Positions 1 through 9,730 of a stretch of 64,000 nucleotides of DNA are shown here, piece after piece. Both the position numbers and the translations under genes were made by a program. Positions within the stretch are counted from its first letter, which is position 1. Each line of letters starts with the position of its first letter. The notes under the pieces were generated by a model, which saw nothing but the letters and a program-made list of their open reading frames with translations, ran no database searches and was not told where the DNA came from. The stretch comes from an uncultured Actinomycetota bacterium (GTDB lineage: Bacteria; Actinomycetota; Actinomycetes; JAFAQI01), in contig CAVYQE010000001.1 of the NCBI GenBank assembly GCA_963770565.1, positions 800,001 through 864,000 of the forward strand, in the 5' to 3' direction.

Positions 1-1
1 C

Positions 2-1195
2 GAGCAGGAATGCAACGTGCTCTTCCACGACGCGGTCCGGCCGCTGGTCGACCACCGGATCGTGCGCGAATGCGTGCAGGCGCTCGACCAGTTCGATGCC
101 GTGGACGTCGCGATTCCTTCGGCCGACACCATCGTCGTCGTCGATGGCGGCGTGATCACCGCGATCCCCAACCGCAGCCGGCTGCGTCGCGGCCAGACCC
201 CGCAAGGCTTCAGGCTTTCGACGATCCGCCGGGCCTACGAGTTGGCGTGGGAGGACCCCGACTTCGCATCGACCGACGACTGCAGCGTGGTGCTGAAATA
301 CCTGCCCGAGGTCGCGATCCACGTGGTCGAGGGCTCGGAGCACAACCTGAAGGTCACCGATCCGGTCGATCTGTTCATCGCGGACAAGTTGTTCCAGCTG
401 AGCTCGTCCACGGTCGAGCGGCTGTCCAGCGCAGCCGACTATGCCGAGCGTTTGGACGGCCGGGTGGCGGTGATTTTCGGCGGCAGCTACGGCATTGGCG
501 CCGAGATCGCGTCGTTGCTCGGCGAGTACGGCGCGAACGTCTTCTCCTTCAGTCGGACCACCACCAACACCCATGTCGAGGATCCGCGTGACGTTGCGGC
601 GGCGCTCGCTCAGGTGCACGCCGAGGCCGGCCGGATCGACTACATCGTGGTGACCGCGGGGATCCTGACCACCGGATCACTGGCGACCACCGACGACAAG
701 ACGGTCGCGGAAATGATCGGTGTGAACTACATCGCACCGGTGCAGGTCGCCAGGCTCGGGATCGGCTACCTCGAGGAGACCAAGGGTCAGCTGTTGCTTT
801 TCACGTCGAGCAGCTACACCCGTGGTCGGGCGAACTACAGCCTGTATTCGTCGAGCAAGGCAGCCGTGGTGAACCTCACGCAGGCGCTCGCCGACGAGTG
901 GCTCGACGTGGGCGTCCGGGTCAACATCATCAATCCGGAACGCACGTCGACCCCGATGCGGACGAAGGCGTTCGGCAACGAGCCGGCCAGCAAGTTGCTC
1001 GAAGCGAGCGAGGTGGCGCAGACGTCGGTGGACGTTCTCGTCTCTGACGTTACGGGGCAGGTGGTGGACGTCCGGCTGGCAATCCCGATCGTGGCGGATC
1101 CGGCCGTCGGTGCGGCCGAGGCGGTCGCGGCGCAGGTCGAGCTGCAGGAGGCAGCCGCGGAAGCCGAGGCGGCGCGGGAGCACCGCTCGCCGTGA
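2..1195 (+). CDS. Bifunctional IspD/TarI-type cytidylyltransferase + SDR oxidoreductase (CDP-polyol synthesis), 5' truncated by window edge
   Basis: HDAVRP, QTPQGF, TDD and NLKVT cytidylyltransferase motifs, then SDR GGSYGIG and YSSSK motifs; frame is open to the window start. Confidence 0.85.
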   Translation, partial: EQECNVLFHDAVRPLVDHRIVRECVQALDQFDAVDVAIPSADTIVVVDGGVITAIPNRSRLRRGQTPQGFRLSTIRRAYELAWEDPDFASTDDCSVVLKYLPEVAIHVVEGSEHNLKVTDPVDLFIADKLFQLSSSTVERLSSAADYAERLDGRVAVIFGGSYGIGAEIASLLGEYGANVFSFSRTTTNTHVEDPRDVAAALAQVHAEAGRIDYIVVTAGILTTGSLATTDDKTVAEMIGVNYIAPVQVARLGIGYLEETKGQLLLFTSSSYTRGRANYSLYSSSKAAVVNLTQALADEWLDVGVRVNIINPERTSTPMRTKAFGNEPASKLLEASEVAQTSVDVLVSDVTGQVVDVRLAIPIVADPAVGAAEAVAAQVELQEAAAEAEAAREHRSP

Positions 1196-2979
1196 CCGAG
1201 CCGGCCGAATCCGTCGGCGGCAGTGGCGCCGGACCGACCGCGCGCGCGCGCCTCATCGGCCTTTCCGGGCTCGCCTGTTATGTCTTCCTGCCGGTGGCCG
1301 GCGTATTCGGCTGGGCGATCGCCGTGGTCGTCGCGCTAGTGGTGAGTCAAGCGATCGACCTGCTCGTCGTGGCGAACCAGGAGTTGCGCGCCGGGCTGGC
1401 GCGGGCGCAGTTCGGCATCGCAAGCCGGACGCTCGCCCGCGAGCTTTCGGTCGTGATCCTGCTGTTGAGCGCCACCTGGGCGACCCGCGACAACGTGCGG
1501 GCGGCAGTTCTCCTTGTGCTGTCGGTCGCCGGCCTGCGGCTGGTCTACCACCTGCTGCTCGTACTGATCCGCCGGCGCGCAGTGCTGCCGGTAGAGGTGC
1601 TGAACGTCGATCTGTCCGGGATCAACGGGCCCCCGCCGTTGCCGGAGGTGATGCAGCGCCGAAGCTCCGAAAGGCTCCACGGTGTTTCGGCGCTCGCCCT
1701 CGTGGGCGCCGCTGTCGCCGTGGTCGCGAACCGGCCGGTCGTGCTGTACGTGGTGGTCGGCCCGGTCGTGGCGCTCGAGCTGGGCGGCGTGTTCGTGGCA
1801 ATCGGCTGGCTGATCCGCTCCCGCGGGGCGCTGATCCGGCAGTCCTACCTCGACGCGGTCCATCAACGCGTCGGCGATCTGCGTTCGCAGGTGATGTTGT
1901 TTCACAGCGGAACGGACGACTCGACGTACCAGGTCGACATGTGGTTGCCGGTCGTCGAGCGGCTCGATCGGCCCGCGCTCGTCGTTCTGCGCGAGCGACC
2001 GTGCTTCGCCGAGCTTGCGCCGACAACGCTGCCCGTCCTCTGCATCCCCGACGCGGTCGACTTCATGGGTTTCTCGCTTCCGGACGTGCGGGTCGCGTTG
2101 TACACGGCGAACGTCGGCAAGACCATCCACATGTTGCGCGAGCCCGGGGTTCGGCACGTCTTCGTCGGGCACGGCGACAGTGACAAGGCCGCGTCGTTCA
2201 ACCCGTTCAGCCGGGTCTATTCGGAGATCTGGGTGGCCGGCGCAGGCGGCCGCGACCGCTATCGGCGGGCCGCGGTCGGGGTTCGGGACGACGACGTCGT
2301 CGAGGTCGGCCGGCCCCAGCTCGAGGGCATCCGAGTCGCCGCCGATCCGATCGGTGACCGGGCGATGACCGTGCTGTATGCGCCGACCTGGGAAGGCTGG
2401 ACTGCCGATCCGGCGCACACCTCGCTGGTTCGGACCGGCCCCGCGTTGGTCGAGCGCCTGGTCGGATTCGCCGACGTCCAGGTGATCTACAAGCCGCACC
2501 CGCTCACCGGCTCGGTCGGCCCGGCGGCGGCCGCCGCCGACGCGGCCATCCGCTCGATCATCGCCCGGGCCGGTGGCGGTCATCTCACCGTCGTGGGCCC
2601 GGCGCCGACGCTGTACGAGTGCTTCAACGACGCCGATCTGCTGATCGCGGACATCTCGAGCGTCCTCAGCGACTTCATCGCGAGCCAGAAGCCGTACGTC
2701 GTCCCGAACCTCACCGGGCTGAGCGAGGAGGCCTTCCGGGCCAAGTTCCCGAGCGCCGGGACGGCCTACCTGCTCGACCCGGCCGCAGAGCGGCTCGGCG
2801 CGATCCTCGACCTGGTGCGTGACACCGATCCGCTCGCCGCCGACCGCAGGGCGCTCCGGCAGTACCTGCTCGGGCCGGCCGAGCCGGACGCGATGACCAG
2901 GTTCGCCGCCGCGGTCGACTCGGCCTACGACCACGCGGTGTCGATGTCGCCGGTCCGGATCGCGGCCGGCCGGGAGTAG
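1192..2979 (+). CDS. Membrane-anchored CDP-glycerol:glycerophosphate transferase (TagF-like) family protein
   Basis: N-terminal TM helices; GHGDSDK, EVGRPQ, YAPTWEG, YKPHP and ADISSV motifs; overlaps the upstream stop (GTGA). Confidence 0.8.
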   Translation: MTEPAESVGGSGAGPTARARLIGLSGLACYVFLPVAGVFGWAIAVVVALVVSQAIDLLVVANQELRAGLARAQFGIASRTLARELSVVILLLSATWATRDNVRAAVLLVLSVAGLRLVYHLLLVLIRRRAVLPVEVLNVDLSGINGPPPLPEVMQRRSSERLHGVSALALVGAAVAVVANRPVVLYVVVGPVVALELGGVFVAIGWLIRSRGALIRQSYLDAVHQRVGDLRSQVMLFHSGTDDSTYQVDMWLPVVERLDRPALVVLRERPCFAELAPTTLPVLCIPDAVDFMGFSLPDVRVALYTANVGKTIHMLREPGVRHVFVGHGDSDKAASFNPFSRVYSEIWVAGAGGRDRYRRAAVGVRDDDVVEVGRPQLEGIRVAADPIGDRAMTVLYAPTWEGWTADPAHTSLVRTGPALVERLVGFADVQVIYKPHPLTGSVGPAAAAADAAIRSIIARAGGGHLTVVGPAPTLYECFNDADLLIADISSVLSDFIASQKPYVVPNLTGLSEEAFRAKFPSAGTAYLLDPAAERLGAILDLVRDTDPLAADRRALRQYLLGPAEPDAMTRFAAAVDSAYDHAVSMSPVRIAAGRE

Positions 2980-2991
2980 TAGGCGTCGGCG

Positions 2992-3171
2992 TCAGACCTT
3001 CGTCCGGGTCCCCTTGACCCGGCCGCTGGCCACCCATCTCGACAGTGGCCGGCGCAGTGACTGATCGGCTTCGCGAGGCCGTTCCGCGGCCCGGGCGGCC
3101 AGCACCGCCACGATCGCGGCGAGCTCCTCGTCGGTGGGAGTGCCGCCGTGCACGATCCGCACTTCGGTCAC
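2992..3171 (-). CDS. accE: Acyl-CoA carboxylase epsilon subunit (59 aa)
   Basis: [21 protein letters not shown] motif; GTG start overlaps the beta-subunit stop; not called separately in the ORF track. Confidence 0.8.
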   Translation of the reverse strand: MTEVRIVHGGTPTDEELAAIVAVLAARAAERPREADQSLRRPLSRWVASGRVKGTRTKV

Positions 3172-4754
3172 AGCGGGATGTTGCCGTGCTTCTTCGGCGG
3201 CAGCGACTCGCGCTTCGTGCGGAGCAACCGCAACGCGCGAATCACCTCGGCCCGGGTGGCCGAGGGCTTGATCACCGCGTCGACGTATCCGCGCTCGGCC
3301 GCAATGTAGGGGTTGGCGAAGTGGTCCTCGTAGTCCGTGACCAGCTCGGCACGCTTGGACTCGGCATCGGGCTCGTCGGCCAGCGAGCGGCGATGCAAGA
3401 TGTTGACCGCGCCCTGCGCGCCCATCACTGCGATCTCTGCGGTCGGCCAGGCAAGGTTGACGTCGGCGCGTAGGTGCTTGGAGCCCATGACGTCGTACGC
3501 GCCGCCGTAGGCCTTGCGGGTGATGACGGTCACCTTCGGCACGGTCGCCTCGGCGTACGCGTACAGCAGCTTTGCGCCGCGCCGGATGATGCCGTTCCAT
3601 TCCTGCTCGGTGCCGGGCAGGAAGCCGGGTACGTCGACAAAGGTCAGAACCGGCACGTTGAACGCGTCGCAGGTCCGCACGAACCGGGCCGCCTTCTCCG
3701 ACGAGTCGATGTCGAGGGTGCCGGCGAAGTGCATGGGCTGGTTGGCCACGATGCCCACCGAGTGCCCGTCGATCCGCGCGAAGCCGCAGACGATGTTGGT
3801 CGCGAAGAGCGCGTGTGACTGGAGGAACTCGCCGTCGTCGACCACGTGCTCGATCACGGTGGTCATGTCGTACGGCTGGTTGGACGAGTCCGGGATGACG
3901 GTGTCGAGGAACTGATCGGGCTGCAGTGCGTCGAGGTCCTCCTCGTCGTACGACGGTGGCTCCTCGAGGTTGTTGCTCGGAAGGAAGGCCAGCAACGCCC
4001 GGGTGAGCTCGAGCGCCTCGGGCTCGTCGGCCGACATGAAGTGCGCAACGCCCGACTTGGTGTTGTGCGTGCGCGCGCCGCCGAGCTCCTCCATCGTGAC
4101 GTCCTCGCCGGTGACGGTCTTGATGACGTCCGGGCCGGTGATGAACATGTGCGAGGTCTGGTCGACCATGATCGTGAAGTCGGTGATCGCCGGCGAGTAG
4201 ACCGCGCCGCCCGCGCACGGACCCATCACCAGTGAGATCTGCGGCACGACGCCCGAGGCCATGACGTTGCGATAGAAGATCTCGGCGTAGAGTCCGAGCG
4301 CGACCACGCCTTCCTGGATCCGCGCCCCGCCGGAGTCGTTGATCCCGATCACCGGGCAACCGGTCTTCATCGCCAGGTCCATGACCTTGCAGATCTTCTC
4401 GCCGAGGACCTCGCCGAGTGAGCCGCCGAAGACGGTGAAGTCCTGGCTGAACACGCAGACCGCGCGGCCGTGCACCGTGCCGTGGCCGGTGACGACGCCG
4501 TCGCCGTACGGCCGGGTCGACTGCATGTCGAAGTCGTACGCCCGGTGCCGGGCGAGCGCGTCGAGCTCGACGAACGATCCCGGATCGAGCAGGGCCGCGA
4601 TCCGCTCGCGTGCGGTCATCTTGCCCTTGGCGTGCTGCTTGTCGATCGCGCGCTGCGAGCCGGCATGCACGGCTTCGTCAGTACGACGCTCGAGCTCGGC
4701 GATCCGGCCGGCGGTGGTGTGCGGGACAGGCGTCTCGTCCGGTGGGGCGCTCAT
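3168..4754 (-). CDS. pccB: Propionyl/acyl-CoA carboxylase beta (carboxyltransferase) subunit
   Basis: [36 protein letters not shown] and C-terminal KKHGNIPL; start set at ATG 4754. Confidence 0.93.
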   Translation of the reverse strand: MSAPPDETPVPHTTAGRIAELERRTDEAVHAGSQRAIDKQHAKGKMTARERIAALLDPGSFVELDALARHRAYDFDMQSTRPYGDGVVTGHGTVHGRAVCVFSQDFTVFGGSLGEVLGEKICKVMDLAMKTGCPVIGINDSGGARIQEGVVALGLYAEIFYRNVMASGVVPQISLVMGPCAGGAVYSPAITDFTIMVDQTSHMFITGPDVIKTVTGEDVTMEELGGARTHNTKSGVAHFMSADEPEALELTRALLAFLPSNNLEEPPSYDEEDLDALQPDQFLDTVIPDSSNQPYDMTTVIEHVVDDGEFLQSHALFATNIVCGFARIDGHSVGIVANQPMHFAGTLDIDSSEKAARFVRTCDAFNVPVLTFVDVPGFLPGTEQEWNGIIRRGAKLLYAYAEATVPKVTVITRKAYGGAYDVMGSKHLRADVNLAWPTAEIAVMGAQGAVNILHRRSLADEPDAESKRAELVTDYEDHFANPYIAAERGYVDAVIKPSATRAEVIRALRLLRTKRESLPPKKHGNIPL

Positions 4755-4774
4755 GACGCCGTAGCGTACGGCTG
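4755..4774. promoter_or_regulatory. Putative bidirectional promoter with overlapping -10 boxes for leaderless pccB and birA
   Basis: 20-bp gap with TAGCGT (+, 4762-4767) and TACGCT (-, 4763-4768), 7-8 nt from each ATG; no SD. Confidence 0.55.
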
Positions 4775-5587
4775 ATGTCCTCGCCCTGGAGTGACCTGGA
4801 CCGCGCGCCGCTGTCGGCGGCGCGCCTGCGCCACTCACTCGCCGGCGGTCCGGTCTGGCGAGAGATCCAGGTCCGTACGACGACCGAGTCGACGAACGCC
4901 GAGGTCGCCGAAGCGGCTCGAGCGGGCGCCGCGGAGGGCCTGGTCGTGATCGCCGAACACCAGAGCGCCGGCCGCGGCCGGATGGATCGCACCTGGTCGG
5001 CAGCGCCCCGGTCCGCGGTGTTGATGTCGGCGTTGCTGCGCCCGACCGTCGGGGTGTCGTCGTGGCCGCTGCTGCCGTTGCTGACCGGGCTGGCCGTTGT
5101 CGAGGCGCTCGACGCCGTCGCGGGTGTTACCGCCGCCCTGAAGTGGCCCAACGACGTGCTGATCGACGGCCGGAAGGTCGCCGGGATCCTGGTCGAACGG
5201 GTAGAGGAGGCGGTCGTGGTCGGCGTCGGGCTCAATGTCTCGACCCGCGCTGACGAACTGCCGGTCGAGACCGCCACGAGCCTCGCGCTCGCCGGCGGGT
5301 CGATCGACCGCGAGATTCTCACCCGCGAGGTGTTGCGCGGGCTGGCCCGCCGCTATCTCGGCTGGCTCGAGCGCGACGGCGCGCCCGGGTCGGTCATCCC
5401 GGCATATCGGGAGCGGTGCGAGACGATTGGCCTCCAGATCGAACTGCTGCTTCCTGGAGGGGACGTCGTGCGAGGCACCGCCACCGAGATCGACGACAGT
5501 GGGCGACTGGTCCTGCGCGACGAGGCGACCGGGACGGATCGCGCCTGGCTGGTCGGCGATGTCACCCATGTCCGAAAGGTGAGCTGA
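4775..5587 (+). CDS. birA: Biotin--[acetyl-CoA carboxylase] ligase
   Basis: STN, QSAGRGR, KWPNDV and KVAGIL motifs; divergent from pccB as in other actinobacteria. Confidence 0.93.
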   Translation: MSSPWSDLDRAPLSAARLRHSLAGGPVWREIQVRTTTESTNAEVAEAARAGAAEGLVVIAEHQSAGRGRMDRTWSAAPRSAVLMSALLRPTVGVSSWPLLPLLTGLAVVEALDAVAGVTAALKWPNDVLIDGRKVAGILVERVEEAVVVGVGLNVSTRADELPVETATSLALAGGSIDREILTREVLRGLARRYLGWLERDGAPGSVIPAYRERCETIGLQIELLLPGGDVVRGTATEIDDSGRLVLRDEATGTDRAWLVGDVTHVRKVS

Positions 5588-5591
5588 CCTC

Positions 5592-6092
5592 ATGCCGTTC
5601 CCGGAGAGCATCCTCGACAACGGTGAGCAGGTGGTGCGCAACCTGCGCCCGCACTGGCGTCGGGTCGTGCTTCCGATCGTGGTGCTACTGGTCGTGATCG
5701 GTCTCGCGTCGTACGGGTGGTTCGCGTTGCCGTCAGGCAGCGCCCGCGGGCCGCTTCGCGACGTGATCCTGGCGGCTGCGCTGGTCATCATCGTGTGGTG
5801 GACGGTGCGTCCGTTGCTGACCTGGGTCACCACCCGGTACGTCATCACCAATCGGCGGGTGCTGATGCGAAACGGGGTCTTCTCGCGCACCGGCCGCGAC
5901 GTGCCGCTCACCCGGGTCAACGACGTGTCGTTCTCGCGCACGGTGGTCGAGCGGCTGATCGGCTCCGGCACGCTAACGATCGAGTCGGCCGGCGACCGAG
6001 GCCAGGTCCTCTTGCACGACGTGCCACACGTCGAGTCAGTCCAGCGCGACATCTACCGTCTCGTAGAAGACGAGGCACAACGACTGCGTTAA
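5592..6092 (+). CDS. Bacterial PH-domain (bPH_2/YdbS-like) membrane protein
   Basis: RPHW, two TM helices, TRYVITNRRV...GVF, GSGTLTIESAG; conserved position after birA. Confidence 0.85.
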   Translation: MPFPESILDNGEQVVRNLRPHWRRVVLPIVVLLVVIGLASYGWFALPSGSARGPLRDVILAAALVIIVWWTVRPLLTWVTTRYVITNRRVLMRNGVFSRTGRDVPLTRVNDVSFSRTVVERLIGSGTLTIESAGDRGQVLLHDVPHVESVQRDIYRLVEDEAQRLR

Positions 6093-6190
6093 CCCAGCGA
6101 GCCGTCAATACAACCACTCAGTTAGCGCACAGCGATCCGCTCATAACCGGCTACAGCACACGTCTGTGGAAGCGGCCGCGCGGGTGAGAG

Positions 6191-6216
6191 CAACCTTTGA
6201 GGGCATAACCGGCGTC
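6191..6216 (+). promoter_or_regulatory. ECF (SigE-type) autoregulatory promoter
   Basis: CAACC-N17-CGTC just upstream of the ECF sigma gene. Confidence 0.55.
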
Positions 6217-6247
6217 ATAGTTGGTAGAGGCGTCGTGGAGGGGTTCT

Positions 6248-6790
6248 ATGCGGGTTGCGAGGAACGCGGCGGTGGAGGACTTCCGTGCCTACGCTGTCGC
6301 CCGTTCAGCGACGCTTCATCGCGCTGCGCTGCTATTGAGCGGTGACCGTGGACATGCGGAAGATCTCGTTCAGACGACGCTGATCAAGGTCTATGTGAAC
6401 TGGCGTCGCGTCGTGAAGGCGGGGAACGCCGATGCGTATGTCAATCGAGTGCTCGTCAACACGCATTTGTCATCACTGCGCAAGCGACGGTTGCGTGAGC
6501 TGCTCAGCGACTCGGTGCCCGAACCGGCACCGGTCGATCCGCGCTATCCGGTCGAAGCGTTGGAAGCGGTGTGGGCTGCCCTGGCCGGACTTCCGCCGCG
6601 CCAGCGGGCAGCGGTCGTGCTTCGTCACTACCAGGGGTTCAGTGAATCCGAGACCGCAGAGATCCTGAACACCTCAGTCGGGAACGTCAAGAGCCTGACC
6701 AGTCGGGGTCTCGCTGGGCTGCGACGCTGCCTCAGCCAGTCCGGTGGGGACGCAGTCGTCGCGGCCGTGCCAACCATGAGAGGGATCTGA
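6248..6790 (+). CDS. SigE-family ECF RNA polymerase sigma factor
   Basis: AEDLVQTTL region 2, LPPRQRAAVVLRHY region 4, GNVKS..SRGL; GGAGG SD before ATG 6248. Confidence 0.9.
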   Translation: MRVARNAAVEDFRAYAVARSATLHRAALLLSGDRGHAEDLVQTTLIKVYVNWRRVVKAGNADAYVNRVLVNTHLSSLRKRRLRELLSDSVPEPAPVDPRYPVEALEAVWAALAGLPPRQRAAVVLRHYQGFSESETAEILNTSVGNVKSLTSRGLAGLRRCLSQSGGDAVVAAVPTMRGI

Positions 6791-7398
6791 TGACCGAGCA
6801 GTTGGACGACGTCCATGAGCTGTTTCAACGGATGACAGTCGGGTACACGCCGGTGCTTGACCTTGACTACGTGACGCGGGCGGCGGAGCACAAGCGGGCC
6901 CGGGTGCTCGCGAAGGCGGGCGGGGCGGTAGCAATCGTGCTCGTCGCATCTGCCGCGTTCGTCGGCGTCAGCGTGACGCACCACCGGGCCGCCCCCGCGC
7001 CCGCGTCGCTCGGAGACCAGTCGTTGGTTACCCCGAGAGCGCTGGCCGGTACTCCGGTCCAAACAACGTCAGTTGTGATTGACCCTCGTTTGTGGACCTA
7101 CGGCCCCCCGTCCGCAAACACGGCTACCCCGGCAACGACCGCGGTGCGGGATTTCGATCAATACACAGGTAGGGACGCGATTCCTGCTGGTACAAGCGTG
7201 ACGATCGGACTTCTGACCGGCAAGACCCTCGATGGCGGGGTAACGCAAGCAACCCTTGTCTATGGCTACTCGGATTACGAACCTAAATGCCCCGATTTTG
7301 GGCCTGGTGGACCAAGCGATGCCAAGGGGTGCACCGGCTGGACATTCCTGGACGCAAACACGGGTAAGCAGATTCTCAGTACTTGGACTCTCAACTGA
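6790..7398 (+). CDS. Putative single-TM anti-sigma factor with extracytoplasmic domain
   Basis: Translationally coupled to the sigma gene (TGATG); one TM helix; two Cys and a FLDANTG motif in the C-terminal part. Confidence 0.65.
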   Translation: MTEQLDDVHELFQRMTVGYTPVLDLDYVTRAAEHKRARVLAKAGGAVAIVLVASAAFVGVSVTHHRAAPAPASLGDQSLVTPRALAGTPVQTTSVVIDPRLWTYGPPSANTATPATTAVRDFDQYTGRDAIPAGTSVTIGLLTGKTLDGGVTQATLVYGYSDYEPKCPDFGPGGPSDAKGCTGWTFLDANTGKQILSTWTLN

Positions 7399-7508
7399 CG
7401 GCGAGCCCCGTTCGCTGACAGTCAGAAGCGCCTCGCAAACCGACCGGAGGTGCTGTTCGGGCGCAACGGTGGACTGATAGTCGGGTCGACTGCGACAGGA
7501 TGGTCGCC

Positions 7509-7871
7509 ATGGCGACAGCTTGGCGCTCGTGCGTGATCATGACGCAGGACGTTGCACGCATGGCCGCTTTCTGGAGGCTGGCCTCAGGCCTCAGGCCAGC
7601 CTTTGAAGGCGACGACGAGGTGGTCTTGACCTCTGACGGGACCCCCGGTCGGCACCCCGGAATTGTCATCATGGCGGGTCAGCCGTCAAGTGACGGTGCC
7701 GTCCACATTGACATCAATTCAGACGACATGCTGGCAGATCTCAGTCGGTTACTGCGCGAGGGAGCAACACTCGTCGCAGATCATGGCGAGGACTGGAAGA
7801 TGCTTCACGACCCGGACGGCAATCCCTTCTGTCTCCGAGGGCCCGCGAAACCTGTGGCGGAGCCGCACTGA
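7509..7871 (+). CDS. VOC/glyoxalase-like family protein
   Basis: AAFWR, VHIDI, GA.., LHDPDGNPFCL motifs; leaderless start after CAGGAT. Confidence 0.8.
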   Translation: MATAWRSCVIMTQDVARMAAFWRLASGLRPAFEGDDEVVLTSDGTPGRHPGIVIMAGQPSSDGAVHIDINSDDMLADLSRLLREGATLVADHGEDWKMLHDPDGNPFCLRGPAKPVAEPH

Positions 7872-7991
7872 GGTTTCGATCCAGGACATGTGGTCGAGGC
7901 GTCGGTCCGTCCCGTAGGCAGGATCCTTGCCGGGCGGTAGTCGTGCGGTCATGCGCCAAACGGCAGGCGAGAACGGTGAGATGATTTCGCT

Positions 7992-8258
7992 GTGACGGCT
8001 AGCGACCTCCCCGGCTTGGACCCCACCTTGCCCGCACCCAGGCGTCCAGTTATTTGGCGCGTTCTCATGTTGTGCTGGGTGGCGGTAGGTGTCGCGGCCG
8101 CGATCGTGGTGGCGCTGGCGGTTCACGGCGTGATCGGCGCAAAGACGGGCGCAGCTATCGTCACCGCGGTGTATCTCGCGTTCGGCGCCATCGCTTTGAG
8201 CCGAGCATGGATGGCCCGCCGCGTCGACATCGAAGTCGACGCACGCGGCCAGCAGTAG
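7992..8258 (+). CDS. Small two-TM membrane protein
   Basis: Two hydrophobic helices; GATGAT -10-like box 6 nt before GTG. Confidence 0.6.
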   Translation: MTASDLPGLDPTLPAPRRPVIWRVLMLCWVAVGVAAAIVVALAVHGVIGAKTGAAIVTAVYLAFGAIALSRAWMARRVDIEVDARGQQ

Positions 8259-8277
8259 CCGAACATACGTGATGCTC

Positions 8278-8562
8278 TCACTCGTCTCCGATGTAGCCCG
8301 TCGCCGGATCGATCATGCCGAGAAAGCCGCGGATGGCGTCGCGGTGCTCCTCCGTAGACGGGTTTGGTGGGCCGCTACTCCCAAAGCCGTAGCCCTCGTT
8401 AGGCCCGCTCAACCATTCGTACGCCCATCCGCCGTCGGCGGCCTGACGAACGGCGAAGTCTTCACCATCGACCTCCAGCGTCAGCAACACGGGGCCGGGG
8501 TGCCCTTCGTCGCCGTCGTACAAGGCGGGGACCGGAGTCCAGTCCCCGTTCCCAGTGCTCAT
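8278..8562 (-). CDS. Small acidic hypothetical protein (94 aa)
   Basis: Globular-looking sequence (YEWLSGPNEGYGF...IDPATGY); TAGCCT 6 nt before ATG. Confidence 0.7.
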   Translation of the reverse strand: MSTGNGDWTPVPALYDGDEGHPGPVLLTLEVDGEDFAVRQAADGGWAYEWLSGPNEGYGFGSSGPPNPSTEEHRDAIRGFLGMIDPATGYIGDE

Positions 8563-8593
8563 AACGCGAGGCTATTGGGATGTCCGGTTGAAA

Positions 8594-8627
8594 GTGCCGA
8601 TATCTGGCCCGTCACGATGGTCGGCAC
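8594..8627. repeat. Imperfect palindrome GTGCCGATATC...GATGGTCGGCAC, copy 1
   Basis: Near-identical arms recur at 11673-11704. Confidence 0.6.
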
Positions 8628-8686
8628 AGTGCCGCATCCCTGCCGCTCGGGCGCACAAGTGCGGCTGATCTGGGATCCTGGCTTGC

Positions 8687-9160
8687 ATGTCGCAGTCAGT
8701 TGTGGCCGAAGTTAAGAGCGTGCTCGCCTTTGGTGAGGGTGTGCCCGGCAGCGCCGCTCTGGACGGCTACGCACCAGCCAACCGCGAACATTTCGGATTC
8801 CGAGCCCAGGTCTTCATTGGACAGCAAGGCGACGATCGCTCGGACAGTTTCGACATCACGGTGTGCTCGCCCTCTTGGTTCGCAGAGGGCGTCTCGCAGC
8901 AGGGCCTGGGGCGGTTCAACCGTCTGTTACGTGCGCTGCCTGAGGGGGTGCTTCCGGGCGCGGGCATCTGGTTCATGCGTCAGTGGGAGCGTTCTGAGTT
9001 CGAGACCGCTCTGAATGCCGTCTGCGACGCTGCGAGCGGGGGGCCAGACTGGGGAAGCGTCGCGTCGCGCATCGGCAGGTTGATCCCATGGGAGTTCGAC
9101 TACAAGTTCGACGCTCATGTCGACAGCCGGTACGGGGAGCCGTTTCCCGTTATCCAATAA
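8687..9160 (+). CDS. Imm8-family polymorphic-toxin immunity protein
   Basis: F.FRAQVFIG...DSFDITVCSPSW and DW...ASRIGRLIPWEF signature. Confidence 0.75.
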   Translation: MSQSVVAEVKSVLAFGEGVPGSAALDGYAPANREHFGFRAQVFIGQQGDDRSDSFDITVCSPSWFAEGVSQQGLGRFNRLLRALPEGVLPGAGIWFMRQWERSEFETALNAVCDAASGGPDWGSVASRIGRLIPWEFDYKFDAHVDSRYGEPFPVIQ

Positions 9161-9189
9161 TGCCGTTCTTCAACGGGCTTACCCGGCGC
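9160..9189 (+). repeat. 30-bp dispersed repeat RTGCCGTTC...CCCGGCGY, copy 1
   Basis: 22/30 identical to 10282-10311 by hand alignment; starts at the Imm8 stop codon. Confidence 0.5.
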
Positions 9190-9232
9190 TATCGTGCGGT
9201 CGTTCGGGTCGCCGTCGAGGGAGAATGTGCTC

Positions 9233-9652
9233 GTGGGAGAGGGTGCACGGGAGCTCTGGCTACGCGACGAGGTCTCACGCCTCGCAGCGTTGATCGAAGC
9301 GCCGCCACGGGAACTTGTGAGTTTCGACTCACGGGTCGACATGGGCGCGCCCTACGTCTGGGTCGAGCCAGGCGGGCCCTACCACTGGATCGTCAAGGAG
9401 CGTGGACAGACGCTTGAGCACCGCACGACACAGGATGTTGACGACATCCTGTTCTGGTCATTCGAGGCGACGACTGGCTCGATGGCCTCGCAATGGGCGG
9501 CTCGGCATCCAGATGAGCAACACGACTTCCGAGTCGGGATGTGGGCCAAGCAACAGGAACTTCTGATGCGGCTCGACCCGCGCTGGGTGAACCGGTGGCG
9601 CGACCGGCTGATCGTGAGGTCCCGGACGCCGAGGCGTTGCCCCCCAGTCTGA
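9233..9652 (+). CDS. Imm63-family immunity protein
   Basis: G.PYV...YHWIVKERGQ...RTT.D.DDILFW.F and DFR...AKQ.ELL..LDP.W; GAGAAT 6 nt before GTG 9233. Confidence 0.72.
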   Translation: MGEGARELWLRDEVSRLAALIEAPPRELVSFDSRVDMGAPYVWVEPGGPYHWIVKERGQTLEHRTTQDVDDILFWSFEATTGSMASQWAARHPDEQHDFRVGMWAKQQELLMRLDPRWVNRWRDRLIVRSRTPRRCPPV

Positions 9653-9730
9653 CTTCCCGGCACGCTGCAGAAGAGGCTTCGTTCTCGCCCGTTTCACCAG
9701 CCCTGGTTTGAGCCGTTGCACCGGGAGTCG

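Noticed and set aside
6086-6128. Canonical integron attC site (GCGTTAAC...GTTAGCGC)
   Set aside because: Only ~42 bp, no L boxes or internal pairing, and no integron integrase in the window.
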